Origin: Candidatus Dadabacteria bacterium
GTDB taxonomy: Bacteria; Desulfobacterota_D; UBA1144; Nemesobacterales; CSP1-2
Length of the DNA stretch: 21,899 bases
NCBI GenBank assembly: GCA_040289575.1
Contig: PSLL01000025.1
Location: 11,724-33,622, forward strand
Direction of reading: 5' to 3'
A model generated the notes under the pieces. The model worked only from the letters and a program-made list of their open reading frames with translations, made no database searches and was not told the DNA's origin. Every line of letters starts with the position of its first letter. The stretch's first letter is position 1. The position numbers and the translations under genes were made by a program. Of this stretch, positions 18,276 through 21,899 are shown piece by piece.

Positions 18276-19319
18276 CTATTTAATTAAAATTTTTCTGTCT
18301 CTTTTTCCTCTTTTTCTTACTTCCCCTATGATGTATGCTTTTTCTCCAAGCCTTTTGAGTTTCTTTAAAACCCTGTCCGCTTCTCCGTCGTTTACAACTA
18401 GAGCCATTCCGATGCCGCAGTTAAATATCCTAAACATTTCCTCTTTATCTATTCGGCTTTCCACCTTGACCAGTTCTATGATTGGAGGGACCTCCCATAG
18501 AGACGAATCTAAAAATACCGTACAGCCTTCCGGGATTACTCTTGGTATGTTTTCTAAAAGTCCTCCTCCCGTTATATGCGCTATGGCGAGGATTTGAAAT
18601 TCCATTTTTAGATAAAGAACTGCATTTACATAAATCCGCGTCGGCTCTAAGAGTTCTTCTCCAAGAGGACGACTAAGAGGATTTGGAATATCAGATAAAT
18701 CAAGTTTCAGTTTTTCGAAGAAAACCTTTCTTGCAAGGGAATATCCATTTGAATGAAGTCCACTCGATGCAATTCCTATTATCATATTGCCGGGCTTTAC
18801 TCTTGATCCGTCTATTGCCTCTTCTCTATCAACTATTCCTACGACAAAACCCGCCAAATCAAATTCTCCCTCTTTGTAGAAACCCGGCATCTCCGCCGTC
18901 TCGCCGCCCAAAAGAGCGCATCCCGCCCTTTTGCACCCCTCGACTATTCCTTTAATTATTTCTAATCCTTCTTTGGGTTTTAGCTTTGATGTAGCGATGT
19001 AATCGAGAAAAAACAGGGGCTTTGCACCGCATGTGACTATGTCATTGACATTCATCGCCACAAGGTCAATTCCTATTGTGTCAAGCTTTCCCATCATGAA
19101 TGCGACTTTAAGTTTTGTCCCCACGCCGTCTGTTGAGGCGACAAGGAGGGGGTTTTTGTATTTATCGAGTGGAATCGAATAAAGCCCAGCAAATCCTCCG
19201 ATTCCTCCCTTTATAAATTTGTTGTAAGTGGACTTGGCAAGTGGTTTTATAAGCTCAACAAAGCAATTTCCGGCATCAATGCTCACCCCAGCGCTCTTAT
19301 ATGTGATTTTTTTTGTCAT
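18276..19319 (-). CDS. purM: Phosphoribosylformylglycinamidine cyclo-ligase (AIR synthetase)
   Basis: TYKSAGVSI, TDGVGTK, GGETAEMPG, SSGLHSNGYSL, HITGGG, FNCGIG. Confidence 0.98.
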   Translation of the reverse strand: MTKKITYKSAGVSIDAGNCFVELIKPLAKSTYNKFIKGGIGGFAGLYSIPLDKYKNPLLVASTDGVGTKLKVAFMMGKLDTIGIDLVAMNVNDIVTCGAKPLFFLDYIATSKLKPKEGLEIIKGIVEGCKRAGCALLGGETAEMPGFYKEGEFDLAGFVVGIVDREEAIDGSRVKPGNMIIGIASSGLHSNGYSLARKVFFEKLKLDLSDIPNPLSRPLGEELLEPTRIYVNAVLYLKMEFQILAIAHITGGGLLENIPRVIPEGCTVFLDSSLWEVPPIIELVKVESRIDKEEMFRIFNCGIGMALVVNDGEADRVLKKLKRLGEKAYIIGEVRKRGKRDRKILIK

Positions 19320-19375
19320 AAGATGGAAGAATACCAGAATATTTCAGATACTGCCTAATAAACATAGAATCCCCT

Positions 19376-19404
19376 TTGCTAAAGCTAAAGATTAAAGCTA
19401 ATAT
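19376..19404 (+). promoter_or_regulatory. Putative sigma70 promoter facing ispG (distal)
   Basis: TTGCTA-17 nt-TAATAT. Confidence 0.5.
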
Positions 19405-19494
19405 TCTACTTCCTGAGAATCTACTTACAGGTGACATTTTCTCCTTGTATTGACAACATATATCTCAGGAATTACTAGTAGGGGAATTTACTTT

Positions 19495-19536
19495 ACTCCC
19501 GACGCTTAACACCTTACGACTTACACCTCACGCACC
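19495..19536. repeat. Degenerate heptamer tandem repeat, 6 units
   Basis: ACTCCCG ACGCTTA ACACCTT ACGACTT ACACCTC ACGCACC: AC recurs every 7 nt. Confidence 0.6.
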
Positions 19537-19562
19537 CTGATCAGTAGTTAACTTCGCCCTAC

Positions 19563-19591
19563 TTGACACCCAGAGGCAAAGACAATAATCT
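19563..19591 (+). promoter_or_regulatory. sigma70 promoter of ispG (proximal)
   Basis: TTGACA-17 nt-TAATCT, 12 nt before the ATG. Confidence 0.6.
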
Positions 19592-19603
19592 AATAAATCC
19601 AGT

Positions 19604-20665
19604 ATGAGACAAACAAGGCAGATTACAATAGGAAATATAAAGATCGGCGGCGGCGCGCCTATAAGTGTGCAGTCTATGACAAAAACGGATACAAGGGATA
19701 TTCCCGCCACGGTAGCACAGATAAATGAACTAGAAAAAGCGGGCTGCGACATAATAAGACTCGCTGTTCCGGATATGGAATCCGCAAAATCCCTGGGTGA
19801 GATAAAGAAGCAGGTAAACATACCTATAGTTTCGGATATTCATTTTGATTACCGTCTGGCACTCGAAGCGATAAACCAGGGAGTGGATGCGCTGAGGATC
19901 AATCCCGGGAACATAGGATCAAAGACCAGGATCAAAGTAGTCGTTGATGCCGCTAAAGAGAGGCGTATTCCAATAAGGATCGGCGTGAACTCCGGCTCTC
20001 TTGAAAAAGAGATACTCAGGCAATACGGAAGCCCTAATGCAGAAGCCCTTGCCGAGAGCGCATTTAAGCATGCACGCATACTTGAGGATTTGGATTTCAG
20101 AGACATAAAAATATCCGTGAAATCCACAGACGTAATGACCATGATAGAGGCCTACCGCATTATTGCCGATAAAACCGATTACCCACTGCACCTCGGCGTT
20201 ACAGAAGCGGGAACAATAAGGATGGGAACAATAAAGTCGGCAATTGGAATAGGAATCCTCCTCGCCGAAGGGATTGGAGATACAATAAGGGTATCTCTGA
20301 CGGGCGATCCGATTCAGGAGGTTTATGCGGGGATAGATATACTAAGGGCTTTGGGAATTAGAAAAAGCGGGGTAGAGATAATATCCTGCCCAGGGTGTGG
20401 AAGGCTTGAGATTGACCTTATGAATCTGGTAGGTGAGGTTGAAGAGAGGGTGAGGAGATTTCATTTTGACAAACCACTTAAGGTTGCGATATTAGGATGT
20501 GTTGTAAACGGCCCCGGAGAAGCCGCAGAAGCTGACCTGGGCATAGCCGGGGGACGTGGGAAAGGGATGCTTTATAAAGAAGGCAAACTCATTAGGTCTG
20601 TAAAAGAAGAGGAACTCGTTGACGCACTCATTGAGGAGATTGAAAAAGTAGCTGTTAAATGGTAG
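19604..20665 (+). CDS. ispG: 4-hydroxy-3-methylbut-2-enyl diphosphate synthase
   Basis: ISVQSMT, SDIHF, RINPGNIG, RIGVNSGS, PLHLGVTEAG, SCPGCGR and GCVVNGPGE (4Fe-4S ligands). Confidence 0.98.
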   Translation: MRQTRQITIGNIKIGGGAPISVQSMTKTDTRDIPATVAQINELEKAGCDIIRLAVPDMESAKSLGEIKKQVNIPIVSDIHFDYRLALEAINQGVDALRINPGNIGSKTRIKVVVDAAKERRIPIRIGVNSGSLEKEILRQYGSPNAEALAESAFKHARILEDLDFRDIKISVKSTDVMTMIEAYRIIADKTDYPLHLGVTEAGTIRMGTIKSAIGIGILLAEGIGDTIRVSLTGDPIQEVYAGIDILRALGIRKSGVEIISCPGCGRLEIDLMNLVGEVEERVRRFHFDKPLKVAILGCVVNGPGEAAEADLGIAGGRGKGMLYKEGKLIRSVKEEELVDALIEEIEKVAVKW

Positions 20666-20838
20666 GCGGTATTTAAAACCACTCCTCGAATGAAATATTC
20701 CCTCAAATTTATCTGTATTAGCTGGCTCTTCCCCAAGCCTACTTTCCACCAGTTTTACGTGGGCTTGGTGGTTCTAAAATCTGTCACCTGTAGCATTCGA
20801 GTCAAAAAACATTCATTAAGATATGATACAATGGAGCT

Positions 20839-21221
20839 ATGGAGTCGAGATACTTCCGCTACTCTATCTCCGCAGCGCTGGCAAGAGCTATGGGCACATC
20901 GCATTTTTGGCGCGACCTGTACCATCTATTTCTTACCATATCATGGCCCAGGTTCCTGGCGCTTATTGCCCTGATCTACATAGCCGTCAATGCGTTGTTT
21001 GCACTGGCATATCTGGCCGGAGGGAATTGCCTTGAGAACGCCCGCCCTGGCTCTTCTTCCGATTCCTTTTTCTTTAGTGTTGACACTATTGCCACAGTTG
21101 GTTTTGGCAGTGTATACCCATGCACCTTCTATGCAAACATATCGGATGGGCGTTTTCAATTGACTACAAATGTCTCCATGATGTAATGCCTCTAATAACG
21201 TTGGGGCAAAAGCCAGTCTAA
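20839..21221 (+). pseudogene. KirBac-type inward-rectifier K+ channel remnant with a large internal deletion
   Basis: WRDLYHLFLTISWPRF (slide helix/M1), NARPGS..SFFFSVDTIATVGFG.VYP (pore loop), then DGRF and, in another frame from 21159, IDYKCLHDVMP (KirBac-like extreme C-terminus). The true start is uncertain. Confidence 0.8.
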
Positions 21222-21361
21222 ACCAATCATAGACGAATTTCTTAGCAACCCCTTAAGCCAACGGAGCAAGATATATATGATAGGACTAATAGGAGTTTTA
21301 CACATCCCCTATGTTGCTTTTAACGAGAAAATCGGTAATTTATTCTTCCGAGGTAAAAACA

Positions 21362-21899
21362 TTGAGATACTCTAAACTCTTCCTCCCAACACTAAAAGAG
21401 GAGCCTGCAGATGCAGAGGTAATAAGCCACAAGCTTATGGTTCGGGCTGGTATGATAAGAAAACTTGCGGCAGGAATTTACACCTACCTTCCTCTAGGAC
21501 TCCGATCAATAAAAAAGGTTGAAAACATCGTAAGAGAAGAAATGAATCGCGCAGGGGCAATCGAACTGCTTATGCCATTAGTTCTCCCAGCCGAGTTATG
21601 GAAAGAGAGCGGAAGATGGGATAAGTACGGAAAAGAACTCCTCAGATTTAGAGACAGAGCAGAGAGGGAATTCTGCCTTGGCCCTACCCATGAAGAGATT
21701 ATTACAGATATAGTCCGCAAAGAGGTGAGGTCATATAAACAACTCCCCCTTATCCTCTACCAGATTCAGACAAAATTCAGGGACGAGATTCGCCCGCGTT
21801 TTGGAGTTATGCGCGCAAGGGAGTTTATAATGAAGGATGCCTACAGCTTTGATATTGACGATGAGGGGGCGGATAAATCCTACTGGACAATGTATAACG
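21362..21899 (+). CDS. proS: Proline--tRNA ligase, 5' part (runs off window)
   Basis: TTG start with [96 protein letters not shown]. Confidence 0.97.
   Translation, partial: MRYSKLFLPTLKEEPADAEVISHKLMVRAGMIRKLAAGIYTYLPLGLRSIKKVENIVREEMNRAGAIELLMPLVLPAELWKESGRWDKYGKELLRFRDRAEREFCLGPTHEEIITDIVRKEVRSYKQLPLILYQIQTKFRDEIRPRFGVMRAREFIMKDAYSFDIDDEGADKSYWTMYN

Overview
Bacterial chromosomal window in which intact housekeeping genes (bcp-type peroxiredoxin 3' end, oligoendopeptidase F, rsmD-coaD-aspC, khtT-khtU, a TonB-family gene, purM, ispG, proS 5' end) alternate with accessory genes, seven of which are visibly broken: a TMTC-like TPR membrane glycosyltransferase, a Tat metallophosphoesterase, an ECF sigma factor, a dienelactone hydrolase, a LivJ-like binding protein, corA and a KirBac channel. 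The most interesting intact locus is a minus-strand cluster at 2946-5184. It encodes two tandem exported PA2779-like proteins ending in Gly-Gly plus a hydrophobic tail, a stand-alone lipoprotein C39 peptidase and a TPR protein. The two paralogues share a 233-bp block with a single mismatch that stops just after the Gly-Gly site, while their tails are divergent. This constant-leader/variable-core layout suggests an envelope-located double-glycine peptide maturation system. Also seen: several probably leaderless sigma70 transcripts, and a structured, heptamer-repeat-containing purM-ispG intergenic region. All family assignments come from motif recognition by eye; no searches were run.
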